A stretch of 64,000 nucleotides of DNA from the human T2T-CHM13v2.0 reference genome, Homo sapiens. Shown piece after piece: positions 18,106-37,782 of the stretch. The stretch lies in the NCBI RefSeq assembly GCF_009914755.1, contig NC_060927.1, one strand, 5' to 3'. Position 1 is the stretch's first letter. Every line of letters starts with the position of its first letter. Position numbers and translations under genes: made by a program. Under the pieces are notes generated by a model. That model did no database searches, was not told the DNA's origin, and saw nothing but the letters and a program-made list of their open reading frames with translations.

Positions 18106-21086
18106 CCACCATCCACACCCAGCCCCACCATCCATTAATTAAGCTTCATGGTGTTCACTCAGTCACACTGTTGTCGCTCTCATTTGCCAATGTAAATAGT
18201 GATGCACAGTGCCTAAGACAAAATCGCTATCACTGCAAGCTCCTACCCCTGGCTAAATGCTAATCTGGATTTATGGGACAGTGACGAGTGCTATTATTTT
18301 CATTTTATAAATGAGGAAACTGAGTCCTGGAGGGAAGAAAAGTCAATTTTCTTAATGTAATACAATTAAAATAGGATTACACTTTGAATTTCCTTATTTC
18401 TTAACTAGTATTTTATCTTTCCATGATTGTGCTTAATTTTATCTTATCAGTACAAGCACTCATATAACCTGTAGGGATATTTGTGTACATGTGCATGTGT
18501 GCATATACACACACGCACTGTGTGTGTGTGTATGTCAAACTCAGTGCTTGCCTTTGTTGGATGGAAATTCAGCAGCACTGGAGGACTAGACAGCTAGAAA
18601 AGCCAGTTTCAGGGACAGGAAATAGTAGAGTTCAAGGAAAAGTTAGGACAAGGAAAATGAGTCTTTACAAAGCAACCAATTCCTCGTGAGAAGTCTTTGC
18701 ATCTCACATGGCTAAGAGACAGTACTTTGGTTAGGGGCCTGGAGCTTTGGTTTTGATGAACAGTGTGCTGGTATTGGCTCTAAGCTGGGGCATCCACCAT
18801 TTGGCTCCCCATTTGAGTGGTCACTCTGTCTCTCAGAGCAATGTGTGGTCTTTCGGTGTTGATAAAGCAGCAACTACATGCCAGGCCCTAAGGGCAGGCA
18901 CAGAGGCAAGCAAGACCAGTACAGTGCCCCCTGCAATCCTCTTGGGACATCATTTTAGCAGGGGAGACTACCATTGAACATGTAATGATAAAATTGATTA
19001 GTTATGATTGAGATGAGCAGTAGGAGGAAAAAGTGTGTGGAACTGTGAGAGCTCACGATGGGCCTGAACTTGCCCAGGGACTCAGAGAAGTGGTCTGGAT
19101 TTGCTTGTTGAAGGGTGAGAGGACATGTACTAGGTGAACCAGCTGGAGGAATCTGGGGATCCACTTGTGGGGAGGCCCTGGGTGGGAAGTTGTAAGGACA
19201 ACCAGAGTGATAGCTGGCATGAGAAAGCCAGGGTGACAGAGGTGAGGAGGGCACATGCCAGATCTGGCAGCCTGCATGTCACCAGATGGATTTAGGTCAC
19301 ATCCTGTTCTTCCGTTCTCACCTCTTTCACCTCCATCTCCACCTCCACCTCTACCCCTTCACCTCTCCATGCCTCACAAAGTTGGACTGTCTTGCCTGTG
19401 AGACAGGAAAGGCATGTGTGATGAGGGGACTGTACACTAGGGGCCAGTCCAGGTTTTGTGAGACCTGAGGCTTATATAGTAGAGGGTGGGGTCTTGAAGG
19501 AAAAAAAAAAAGGTGAAATTATGAAGACAAAGTTTGTGCAAGGCTTCCCTAGGGGCCATGTCAGCTGGGGACCTCTAAGCTGAAGTTTCACTAGTGTGGT
19601 GGGGAAGCTCCCTTTGGCACCTTCCCTCTGTCCTCAAAGCTCATAAAGCCCACCTTTCATCTTGCCTGAGACGTTCATGCCATCCTTACACCCACTTCCT
19701 CCTGTTTTCTTCTTAGTTAAGATGGCAAAGAAAGAGCAAATATATTGAAATCTCCTGGAAATTTGGCTCTCTCCTTGACCCCAGTAGTGTCCAAAAGAAC
19801 ACAGGAATTTCCTCTTTTTGCCCAAGACTTCCATGATATTTTCCCTGATAATCAAGGAAGGGAGTGTTGGCTGGGACACTTTTTTCTTTTGGAAATGTGG
19901 CAGGGGAATATGAATTTCCATAGGCGAAATTACTCTGTCTGGTCGAGTCTAGACTGTTCGTTGGCCAGCACGTTTGCTGGCGCCCACACTGACACTCTGA
20001 GGTGCTGCCTGGACTTATTCTCTGGGCAGGGAAGAAATAACCTGGAACTACATTTTGGGGAAAAAACTCACGAACATGAGCAGTGACAAGGAAGAAGTTT
20101 AATAATGAGTAAATTACAACTAAAAGTTGTCAACAGGCTCTTCTCTCCAAATTCCACTGAAATGAGCAAAGCCATCTAACAGTAGTGAAGAGTCTCTGTC
20201 ATCTGGAACTTGGGGAAGCTACTGTCCATAGATCTGAAATGTCAGAGAGGTTGAGACAGATTGAGGGGAAGACTAACAAGCCCTCCATGGACCGTAGAAG
20301 AAAGCCCTAACCCCTCTCCAAATGCTGCTGCTGATCTCCTGGCAAGCCTCCACAGATAGGCCCAGGCCCAGGCACAGCCAGCAAGCTCTCTGGAAATATT
20401 TGGGTTTTGACATGCCAAGACTTGGCCCCAGTAAGGGCTGGGTGGGGCTTTGGCTGTTGAGGCCCAGTCTTGGTTAGAGAAAAGGCACTGTGTCCCTGTT
20501 AACTGCTGGCTGCCCCACCAACAAACTGGAAAGAATCTCCCCCAGTCTGTTGTGATTCCCTCAGCCTGATGGCCTAATTGCCTTTGCCTTTTCCTGTTAA
20601 TACTGACAATTCAATACAGTCCCATTGCTCAGGCAGAACCTATTTCATATATAAATTTCCTGCATCCCCAAGGCAGAGCAAATAGGGGGAAATGACCAAA
20701 CTATAATCTGAGAGTTCTTTACTCAACTGGATTATCATTCATCTAAGAGCATCTGAAAGACAGTCTCACACAAGCAAAGACTGAAAGGACATCCACCACC
20801 ACGTACCTCTCTTGAAAAAACTGCTTGGAGAAGCACTTCAGTAGACTAGGGAATGAATCAAATAAGTAATGCACTGACAAAATCAAAACCACAGTTGACT
20901 TAGGCTTCCTTGGAGCTTGGAAGAACCCCTTCCCACGCTGGAGAGCTGGCTTTTTGGAGGTGGGAGTAGAAGCCCTGAGGGGCTCAGGGGAGGAATTCCC
21001 ACTGATTTGCAAGAAAGGAATTGGCCACTGTGTACTCGTTTGCCACTCAATCCTGCCCTAACCTTCCTCTCCTATCTTTCTCACAG

Positions 21087-21163
21087 ACTGTTTTTGAAAG
21101 GAATTGCCGTTCAGAGGACTGTGCCGCAGACCTGCAGCTTCAGGGTAAACTGCTGCTCTCCAG
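21087..21163 (+). CDS. ITGA9: Integrin alpha-9 internal coding exon (probably exon 17); thigh/genu boundary, phase 0 to phase 2
   Basis: Polypyrimidine tract plus tcacag acceptor, CAG|gtatgt donor. Translates TVFERNCRSEDCAADLQLQGKLLLS+AG, recognised as ITGA9 with the integrin-alpha genu C-x4-C-x2-DL motif. Exon number is from recall. Confidence 0.96.
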
Positions 21164-21562
21164 GTATGTCGGTGTTTCCTTCAGAGCATTGTTCTCAGGC
21201 TCCTTTTTCTTGACCCCAGGTCCCAAACCTGAATGTGCAGATTTCCCCACTGAAGAGGATAAACAGAGTTGATGGGTTACAGTAATATTCTGTGGTTTTA
21301 AAAAAATGTATGTTACAAAATAATTATAACAAAAGCTTTGTTGGGAAGATTGTTTAGGTTTTTTTGTGTGTTGATTGCAATTCCACATATCTCACAATGT
21401 AGCTTGTATTTCTAATTTCTATGAGTATTTGAGGGGTGGCTATTTTATGCTTGCTGATTGTATTAAGTTGAATCATATGAAATTGCCGATATTTGAACTT
21501 TTGGACAATTTCATATGTATGATTCATCCTATTATTAAATAAAGGTTTATGCCCTCCTGCCT

Positions 21563-21563
<1 letters not shown>

Positions 21564-21600
<37 letters not shown>
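21564..21600. repeat. (CA)18 microsatellite
   Basis: Perfect CA run about 400 nt downstream of the exon donor. Confidence 0.97.
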
Positions 21601-21604
<4 letters not shown>

Positions 21605-22068
21605 GTATGTTTTAACAAGTAACATTTCTGTGGCAGGAGAGGGCTGAAGGAGAGGGGCAGGCTGCCCTGATCCAAGTGAGCAGATAGTCTCCTTATTGTT
21701 TCAGGGTTTCCTCCCGCACTACATGAATCCCCCAAGGCTAAAGGTGAACCGTACAGCGGCCTTCTGTTTCCTCTTTGCCAACCTTTTATTTTAGACTTCA
21801 TTTAGGATGAAGGTGCTGGTCCTGATCATTTAGCCTCATTTCACAGAATGGCTTCCTTTTGAAACAGTTCCTTCTGAAAGACTGTTTTAGCCTTGGGGCC
21901 AGAAACCCCTCTATTAGTTTTATTACCATTTCTGAAAAACAGTCACTAGTTTTGGTAGTTATTTTTCAAAATGCATAGTGTATCCCTTACTTAAAACTAT
22001 GAGAGTTAAGTTTGGATGAAATGACATGAATATACTATTATGAACCAGTGCCTACACTAGGACATTTT

Positions 22069-27243
<5,175 letters not shown>

Positions 27244-27353
27244 TACACTAGTACATTTTAACTTATGATGGCACATGATCTTTCATTCATCAAAGGAAAG
27301 TAATACTAAGATTCCTTTTCTTCAGTTTGAGTTTACTGGAGGAAGATGATGTA

Positions 27354-27384
<31 letters not shown>

Positions 27385-27394
27385 CACACACACA
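27354..27394. repeat. (CA)n microsatellite with one CG interruption
   Basis: Seen directly. Confidence 0.95.
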
Positions 27395-28026
27395 AATAGT
27401 CCTCCAAACCACTTAAATATTAATTAGCATTACTTTTACTTAGGGCAATAGTGGTAGATTAAAATAGCACACGTTTTGCCAAGCTTACAAAATTACTTAA
27501 AACTCATGGCATGGATATTAGAATTGTTTCACATTAGTACGAAGGACCTCCTGGGATTATTAGAGGAACTGACTTTAAAGAAGTTTCATAAATTTGCAGC
27601 TCATTAATTTTAATTTTAAATAGGCCTTCCACAAAGTGTTTTAGGGAAAAAATAACAAGAAACAAAAATATATGGATTTGTTTTGTCTTGAGGCAGACTG
27701 GAAATGCTGGAAATTTATTTTGGATCGTAGAAAAACTTCATGTGGTGGGAAAATGTTCACTTGCTCCAAGGTCAGGTATTAAGTTAGCAAAGTCCTAATG
27801 CTTTTGCTACCCATTAGTGGATGATCAAATCCATCTCTATTGAATTGTGCTTTTCTTATATTAAGATGTAAAATTCAAGGCTCAGTATAGCACCTGGTGG
27901 CTAAAGCTGCCTCCACTGCCCCAGTCTGGCCTTTCAAGTGTGGTCAGAGCTAGTTATCCTCTGTGGGCCCAGTAATCAATAATGCTTGAACAACTAGTGT
28001 GGTGGCCAGGACCCAGTCCCCCCATA

Positions 28027-28527
28027 TGTATCAGCTACCAATTGCCACAAAAAAGGCTGAATAAAAAAGTCACCCCAAAACTCGATGATATGAACAGCAA
28101 TCACTGATTCCCATGGATTTTCAGGTCAGCTGGCCCAGGCTGGACTCAGCTGGACCTTGGCTGATTTGTCCATGCATCTGGGTTCAGCAGAGGGTAGGTT
28201 CTAGGCTTGGGTGACACCATTCAGCTCTACTCCCTGTGTCTTTCATTTTTTCTTTGGAACCAGTGGACAAGCCTGGGCATATTCTCACAGCATAACAGAG
28301 GTACAAGAAGGCATGCAGAAATGTGCAATGACTCTTAAGGCCTGGGCTCAGAACTGGTGCACTTTTCCTCCAGCCTTATTCTATTGGCCACAGCAAGTCA
28401 CATGGCCAAACCCAAAGTCAAGGGACAGGAAGTTAGTGAGAGGAATTACAAAGCCACACAGCAAAGGGCCTGAGTATAAGGAGGAGGTGAAGACTTGGGA
28501 CCCATAATGCAATTGACTATACTATAT
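28027..28527 (-). mobile_element. MaLR LTR (MLT1H-like)
   Basis: tgtatcagcta...ctattggccacagcaagtcacatggccaaacccaaagtcaagg. Confidence 0.75.
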
Positions 28528-29494
28528 AAACAGCAAGGTAGCCCTGTCTCTTATCCTGATGCCTTGTTGTTATCAGGGCTATTTCAGTCTTTATTGCAAT
28601 GCCGTCTCTCTGGAATTCAGACATGAGATCTGGAGACTGGGTGAGAAGATTTTCTGAACCTCAGAAACAATGCCTTTGGACCGAAGCTCTCAGCCTCTTA
28701 GGTTGGGTTATTTCTCAGAGGACCCCTGGCCTCTCAAAATAGCCTTTTGGCCGAATCCTCCATTAAAGAAACCTTCGTTGTACTTTTGGGCCCATAGCTG
28801 TTCTCACAGGAACCATCAGAGAAATGTTCATTGATACTTAGATAACAAACCTGTGGTTCAGTTATATGGGATTTATCCAGACCTTTGGATGTTCACTCTT
28901 CAGAGCCAGGGACAATGTGAGGGAAGATACAATCAGTTAAGTGCTAGTGGAAACCAGGGTCTGAATTTGGTTGGCAAAGGCATAGTGGCTCCAAGCAGAG
29001 GTAAACTGCTTTGGTTATCATTGAGCTCTCTTGATTCATTCTTCTCTGGGATGGAATGTGCCCTCCTTTCTTGTTCAAGCCAGGCAAGTGCTAGGCACTG
29101 GGCTGCAGAAGTGAGCAGTATGTGAGCCCTGCTCTCCTGCTGTGAGCAGAGCAAGAGGCTGGGAGATAGTGGTACCACACAGTGAGTGCTAGGTGGGTTA
29201 CTCCAGGGCTCTGGAGCAGCTTCCAAGAGGTGGTGTTGAGAGGAATGAGGACTCACGCATTCCGAGCAGAGGGAAAATGTGAGCAGAAGTATGGAGAACA
29301 GGACTCCCATGAAGATCTGCAGGTGTCTGGAATGAAGGAGGCAGTCAGGAGAACACAGTGAGAGACAGGGAAGGAGAAAGGGAGAGAAACCAGATTGTGG
29401 AACACTTATGAGTCTGGACTTCATCTTGAAGCCAGTGGGAGTACAGCCAAGTTGTAGTGTAAGTGCTTTTAACCTAACAAGAATACAGCCAGGG

Positions 29495-29973
<479 letters not shown>

Positions 29974-31157
29974 TCATCTCAGTGCAGGAGCAGCCTTTTC
30001 AGGGTTGGACTTATGAGAGATGTTGTGCTGATTTCCACCATGGTGCCCCCCTCCCAGGGCTTCACAAGGGCAACTTGGACACAATTTTTGCTTTCCGTGA
30101 TGTCTTTAGAACTTAGCTCTCCTGTTAGCCGTGACCTTACTCACTGTACGAAAAGTCGAAGCAAAGGGGTCACAGAGAAAGATTTCTCTGATGACTGTGT
30201 AGACAGTTGGTCCATGGTGTTGTGGCTGGAGGCCTCTGAATACCCACCAGACTGAGGAGCCTTTGTCTTAAGACAGAGGGAAGGACATCTGGGAGTGATT
30301 GTGTCACCCAGAGTGGCCAGAGATCAAGCCATAGGAAATGCTGTCTGTGACCAGGATTCATGGATGTTTTTATTTTCCTCTCTGGAGAGCATGAATTCTG
30401 GCAGGCCTGTGATCTCTTAAAACAATCAACTCTTCAATTAGAAGTTCATGATCTTTAATGGGCTTGAGTCCAGTTCCAAAACAGGCCATTGTCAAAACGT
30501 CCAGGAACAGGGATGAAACTTGTTTAAAAGTTTCTATTAAGCAGGACTGAAAATTCCATTTGTAAAAGGATGCAACTATGTTTTGTCTTTTTGAATACTC
30601 ACAGTACCTAAGAAAGCATCACATATGATAAAGAAAAAGACTATGGCAAGTGAGCTTTAAAAAAATTCTTTTTTTGATGCATTCCATCAGAAATCAGTGG
30701 AACATTTCATTGCTGTCTGGCTAGCCAACTCCGATAAAATAAGGACTTTTAAGGGAGATGGAAAGACACAGCAGGATATCTGTAAAGCCAGAATCATCTG
30801 GTGGCAACATATAATTGTCCTATGGTTGTAACCTTGATAGTGCTGTTACCATGGGGGTTGGGTGGTGGGGCGAAGTGCATTTCCCAAAACTGTTGGCTAG
30901 CTGAGGGATGAGAGCTCCATCCATGAAAACCAGTCTTCCAGAGGAGGATCCCCAAACCCAGAGAGCTATTTAGAGTTTGAAACAAATTGTTCTCCTTCTC
31001 AAAAGTGGCAGAATGGTTAGAATCATCAACTGCACAGCCTAGGTCAGAAGTGAAGTTTGTCCTGTTTTATGAAGGGAAAGACACCCTTGTTTAGTGAGCA
31101 CTGACCAAGCACTAGATACCCCACTGAATACTCCATATACATAAAAGCACTGAAGTA

Positions 31158-31500
31158 TCTTACCAGCTGCATAACCTTGAGCAAGTTGCTTAACATCTCT
31201 GCCTGTTTTCTCCTCTGTGAAATGGGGAAAATAACAGCAGCACCTTATAAGGTTATTTTGCATATTAATTAATTAATACATATCCAAGTGCTTCTAAAAG
31301 TGCTTAGCATATAAGGAAACACTCAGTAGTGAAAACTAGCATTATTATTTCATTTAATCCTCAACAACACTGAGAATAAATATTCTTATACTCTTTTTAC
31401 TGAGGCGGTGCAGAGGCTCAGGAAGGCCAGGTTACTTGCTCAAGGCTCATGTTGTATGGGAAAGTTAAAGCTTGGAATGTCTGATTCTACATCACGCTCT
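31158..31500. mobile_element. Two MIR fragments tail-to-tail (+ 31158-31347, - 31348-31500)
   Basis: accttgagcaagttgcttaac...aaatgggg; then atttaatcctcaacaac...gaggctcag...acttgctcaagg. Confidence 0.7.
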
Positions 31501-31721
31501 CCTCCTGTACATTGGCTTCTGTTGTCTCTGGGTTCAGCTATCAGCTGGCTCTAGACCAGAGGTACTAAGGCTAGAGACCTTGGGTAAAAAGTCTTCCTCT
31601 CTTTGAAAGCCCCAATCCAGAGAGGAGGTAGATGGGCAAAAAATCCACCAGCAAAGATAGCTGCCATCCCTCCCCTCCATTCTCCCCATGTGCTGTCTGA
31701 CCTGGAGGCCTTGTTCAATAG

Positions 31722-32076
<355 letters not shown>

Positions 32077-32341
32077 GAGTCAGCACATTCTTTATCTATG
32101 TAGGTTGCATTTTCTCTCCTTGGAGAGCCTCAGATTCAATGGTGAGCTTATGGCTGGCATGCCAGCAGTTTCCTAAAATGTAATATCATCACTATTATTG
32201 TTATTATATGAGGGAAGGTGAATAGGAACTCATCAGAAACCTGGAAAATGTTGTCAGAACATTAGCCGTGTAATTTTTTTCCCCTTCATTGTCTGCACCA
32301 GCTCTGAAGAAAAAATGCAGAAGTTTGTTGATTTGGAGTAG

Positions 32342-32659
<318 letters not shown>

Positions 32660-32834
32660 TAATGGTTGCTGTTTCTGGAATCTCTGGCTATAGGAATGGA
32701 TTTCTCAATGGTATATTCTTGAAAGAAAGGCAAAATGCTCAACCAAATGGAACTTTTTGAATAAGAGTTGACAGATTGCTCATCCTTGCCCTCCTCAGAA
32801 CAAGTGTTTGCCGTTTCTCTGATGTGGGCCTTCT

Positions 32835-33129
32835 TTTTTTTTCCGAAAAAGTCTCACTTTGTTGCCCAGGCTGGAGTACAGTGGCGCTATCTTGGCTCAC
32901 TACAATTTCCACCTCCCAGGTTCCAGTGATTCTCCTGCCTCACTCAGCCTCCTGAGTAGCTGGGATTATAGGCGCCCACCACCATGCCCAGCTAATTTTT
33001 ATATTTTTTAGTAGAGATGGGGTTTCACCATATTGGCCAGGCGGGTCTCGAAATCCTGATCTCAAGCAATCCACCTGCCTTGGCCTCCCAAAGTGCTGGG
33101 ATTACAGGCGTGAGCCACCGTGCCCAGCC
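32835..33129 (-). mobile_element. AluS
   Basis: TSD tgatgtgggc(c/t)ttct. Confidence 0.95.
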
Positions 33130-33577
33130 TGATGTGGGCTTTCTAGGAGGGGGCAGCAGATGCCTCTCCTCACATCCCAGCCACGCATCAAGGATGAATG
33201 GACATGTGGGTGTCTTCCGTGGGAGTTACCTGGCGGAGGGTGGGATTTAGGCCCCAGGGAAGGTGAGGAGCAGTGTAAGGGACAGTCACACTCTGGGAAA
33301 GACATCGAAGGGTGACATGCCCTTCCAGAGAGCCCAGCTTCTGTTCACCTGATGAGAGGTGACACAATGCTACGGTGTTCATTCGTTTGACAAATGTGGA
33401 TGGAGCACTTGCTATGGGTATGCCAGACCTGGTGGAAATAGACACATAATGCTGCATCACAATGCTCCCAGTCTAGAAGGGGAGACACACATGAAAACAG
33501 GTATCACTAACTATAGTCATGATCACGATGGGAATATGAGGGAGTTCCCCGGAAGCACAAGGGAGGCAGCACTCTAC

Positions 33578-34500
33578 ATGGTCTGAGGTTGAGTTCTCCT
33601 AGAAGCAGACCATGAGACAAGGATTTGAGTGCAAATAATTGAGTGAGCAGCGCAGGAAATGAAGAAGTAAGGAAGTACACAGGGAAGCCTGCGGTGAGGA
33701 TGTGCCATAGCACTTGTATATCAGTTACTTACTGCTGTAACAAATCACCCCAGAACTCCATGACTTAAACCAGCCACCATTGGTTTAGCTCCTGATTCTG
33801 TGGCCAGCTGTTGAGGCTAGGCTCAGCTGTTTGGGTCTTCTGGTCTCATTTGGGCCCCCTCTTGCATCTGCAGGCAACCTCGGGTTGGTTGGGTGCCTGG
33901 CTGTTGGTTTGTGGTTCGCTGGCGTTCCTCCGCATGGTCTCTCCTCCTCCAGCAGGCTAGCCCAGGATTACTCTTACAGTGTGGCCAGGGCCCAAAATGG
34001 AGAGCAGCAGTGCACTAGACCTCATGAGGCCTAGTTCCAGAGCAAATATATTCTCACTTTTGCTACATTCTGTTGATCAAAGCAAATGTCACAGGGTCGC
34101 ATGGAAATAAACTCTGCTTCCTGATGGGAGGAGCTGCAAAGTCACATGGCAAAGGGTGTGATCCAGAGAGGCTGTCAATCAGTGCATCATCCCCTGCTCC
34201 CACAGTGGATGATTGGCACTTTGTCCTGCAGGGAAACGTACCTCTTGGAATGACTATATCTGAGAGGTGAAGGAGCTGGAGTGTTTGTACCCCAATTCCT
34301 GAGATTCACTGGTTGAGGGCTACTCTGGGTTAGGTGGGTGGGGACAGTTAGCTCCCTGGCACTTGCATCCTTGTCTAGCTATGGGAAAAGGCCCTTAGAT
34401 ACAAAAATGCAGACACTGGCAGCTGAAAGTCAGCAAAAGCATTGGGGTCAGGGTGGGGAGTGTGGGAGGGGATGGCAGGGACATGGATGATATCTCCTGT
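33578..34500 (-). mobile_element. ERVL LTR33-like LTR with a nested MLT1H-like LTR (~33715-34188)
   Basis: aggttgagttctcctagaagcagaccatgagacaaggatttgagtgcaa; nested tgtatatcagttacttactgctgtaacaaatcacccc; resumes ggagctggagtgtt...ctggttgagggctac. Confidence 0.7.
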
Positions 34501-36238
34501 ACCCGCTTTCTTAAAGACTCTCAGTTGATGAATTTATTCTGAAATTCCAACAGGAGTATCATATCACCTTTTGACATGGAGGCTTCTTCCCATTAGCTTC
34601 CTAGGAATACTTTCATTTCATGTTTTGCCAAACACCCAACATTCTCCAGTACTATGATAACTATTCTCTATTGCATTCGTCTGGACCCTTTTTTCCCCTT
34701 CACTAGCAAGCATAACAATATATTATTGCACACATGCAGAAGGGCATTTGGCTTTACAGCAAACCTATGAACCATGTATAGGGCTCCAAGTTTTGTTCCC
34801 ATTCGCTGAGGACAGCAGCAAAGGCAGATAAGGGATGTGTCCACAGCACGTCCACAGGCAGAGAGGATAAGATCCCTGAGCCCTGCATCATCCTGGGAGT
34901 GACGTGGGCCAAGCCTAGCCATGCAGCAGAACTCTGTGTTTCTTAGGAGCCCTGGCTCCAGCGCAGCTCAGGCGTAAGCACAACCCATGACTCTGGGATG
35001 CCCCTCAATTGTCTTACAAAGTAACTCAGGCATTGATGTGGGGTAGAGACAAGCCCAGCACACAAGTTCTTCCAGGTTGGGGGATTTTATGTGTGTACTT
35101 GGAGCCAGAGCATTTCTGGTGCAGAATAGGAAGCTGACAGACAGGGATTAGAGTCACTTATCTGAGGTCAAAAAAATTAAATAGCAGAGGCAGGAGAAAC
35201 ACCTGGTGGGAGGCTCCAAAGCCTGATATTCTAGCAATTTGACCCATGGGCCCTCACTTTAAATAACCATTGCAGCTTGGGGAACCTGGCCTGTCTTTAG
35301 GTGGAAACAAGTTTTGGAAATTCCTCCTATTGCAGAAAGCATTTGATTTGCAGTTTCCTGAATGCGAGGCTCCAAGTGTAGGGACCGCCACCCAAGGACG
35401 TTTTTCTCTGTTGGGCAGACTCAAAGCACTGAGGGGAGCTTTTCAGGGCCCACCATACATGAGCAACAGATAGCTCTCCCTACAGATACCATATTTCAGG
35501 GACAGCCCCTTCCCTCCTGAGCAGACACTGGCTGAGATTTTCCAGCTTCGACTTTCTAGATGGTGAGAGGATGGGGATGCTCAGAGGGACAGTGAAGGCA
35601 CTGAGGCAGTAACTGTGGCAACCATAGAAGAGGCTGGCCACGTGCTCATAGCGGCCTTCCTCCTGAGACACCCGGGAAGGCTGAGTCTACCTCACAGGTG
35701 TGCCTGATAAAATTTTTTTGGGCAGTGTTTTCCTTGGCTTCCAAACATAGCCATCCATTGGAGGTTTTATGTGGAAGCATCTTTCCAGCAGGCACAATGA
35801 CATGGCTATTTCCCTTGTGACTGGACGCAAGGAAAGGATCTATGAAGAGAATGTAGCCCCGAATCCCTCCCTTCTCTCAACTTGGAGCAGACAGGGAGCC
35901 ATGTGTGGTTTCCTTGCTAAGATTTTTGCAGTTTATTCTGTGTGGCTGTGTGTGTTGGTCCCTTGCCAATAATCCTAGACTCACCCATCCCGGCACAGGC
36001 TTGTTACTGTGGGCCAAGCCAAATTCTGAAGCAGCGCAGTTGTTTGTTGTCTGAACTCAGTCTTCCCCAACACATACTTTTCTTGTTGTCCTGCACACAC
36101 CCTCTCATCAGCACCCCTCCCAAGTTTGTTCTGAGCCACCTGATATAACCTCAGGTGAACAAGAAGGCTGCCCTGTGGCTCTTCACGGATGAAAAGCCAA
36201 AGGCAGCTGTGGCTTCGCTTTGTCCCCAGTAGTCACTG

Positions 36239-36494
36239 GCCACGGTGAGACCTGGGTTTAACATGACCTGCCCATAAATCAGTTTGCTGCAATTGCAGTG
36301 AGAGGGAAGGTACCTTGTAGAAAACCTCTAGATTTTATGAGCTTGTTTCCCTGACTGCATTCCAGAGCCACGTGTGAGACTTGGGTTTAACGTGACCTGT
36401 CCGTAAATCATTTTGCTGAAATTGCAGTGAGAGGGAAGGTACCAGGTAGAGAACCTCTAGATTTTATGAGCTTGCTTCCCTGACTCCATTCCAG
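36239..36494. repeat. Tandem duplication, 2 x ~128 bp, about 91% identical
   Basis: 36239-36365 vs 36367-36494: 11 substitutions and 1 indel by manual alignment. Confidence 0.95.
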
Positions 36495-36519
36495 GTGATC
36501 TTGATCCAAAAATGACGAG

Positions 36520-36890
36520 GCTGGGTGGTTGCCATTGGTGTCACACCCACATCCCTTGCTGTGCAGGTGCACTGCTCCCAGCTGCTGTGCTGGCTGCTAG
36601 CTGCTCACAGTGGCCCGTCCTTTGGTCTGGAAAGTCACCCTTGCCCTGCCTGGGAGGGTGACTTGTTAGCCAATGGCTGGCTGATTTGGGGTGTGGATTA
36701 ACTCCCTGGTGCAGTTTATGCTGCACAGCTCCCCTTGGTGTCTGGTTGAGGCTAGATTCCCCCTGTGCCCACAGCCTTGGTCCACTCCTGCCCTGTCCCT
36801 GCCCCAGCCTGGTTCCCTGGCTCGCCAACAGATCCCTGGATCTCTGCCACAAGCTCTGGCTTCCAGGGAAGGGAGCCTATCCTGAGATGC
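36520..36890 (+). mobile_element. ERVL LTR16-like LTR, degenerate
   Basis: agccaatggctggctga...gtgcagtttatgctgcacagctcccc...ctctggcttccagggaa. Confidence 0.5.
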
Positions 36891-37782
36891 GGTAGAACCT
36901 CATGTTTTATTTATCTGCTCTTAGATCTCCTGTCCGGGCAGGCTGATTGCTTTTTAGGATTCCAAGTTTCAAAAGGAAATCAAATCCAATGTATTTATCA
37001 GACATTAGTGGGAGAGAGAAAAAAACAGTTGCTCATTGGCTTTTTATTTGCCCTCTTGGAATTGCAGAGGATTTTGTTATTTTTATATTTAAAAACCAGA
37101 CTTGTGGAGTAATGTGTGGGAGACCCCTTCAGGCTGGTCCAGGGGACTTTGTGTCTTTAGAGATTGCTCTGGACACCTCTTCCACTGAGGCTTTGTTTTT
37201 AAAGAGGACTTTCCAGACCCAAGGGAATGGAAGGGGGCTCCCTTGAGAGAAATGGCTTTCATACAAAATGTCCTTACTGGTGGGGAACTGAAGACAGGTA
37301 CAGTCCTTACTGCATAAGGGGACAGATGATGTTCAGTTACAGTCATAAGCCTTTCTCACCAGGAGCACTGGACTCTCCTTTAAGAAAGTTTTCTGTGATA
37401 ATGAGATTTGAACTGGAAGAAATGCTGTTCTTTCAGTTAACAGTTGTGTTTTTTCCAAGAAAAAAAAGAAATACAAATGTTAAAACTTTTTTTTTTTTTT
37501 CTGGTGCTAAAGAACAATTTCACCTCCTAAGCCAAGAAGGAAAAAATTCTCATCTAAACCGCCAGGCTTAAAGGTGGCTCCTTGTCAGTCCTGAGGTGGT
37601 AGAATTGAGGTGAATGAAGTCAACCACAGTTTCTAATGTCTTCTTATATGCCTTCAGAAACACCATGCTCACCTTTCCTCCTGCTGTCCTAGGCTGAGCC
37701 TGCCATCCCTCCTTCCCTCTGTCCATCACAGCCTCCCCTTAGGGTCATTAACTCAGTCCCTACCACTCACCTTCCCATAGGA

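Noticed and set aside
36239-36494. Repeat considered as a CRISPR-like or satellite array
   Set aside because: Only two adjacent units with no spacers, in eukaryotic intronic context.
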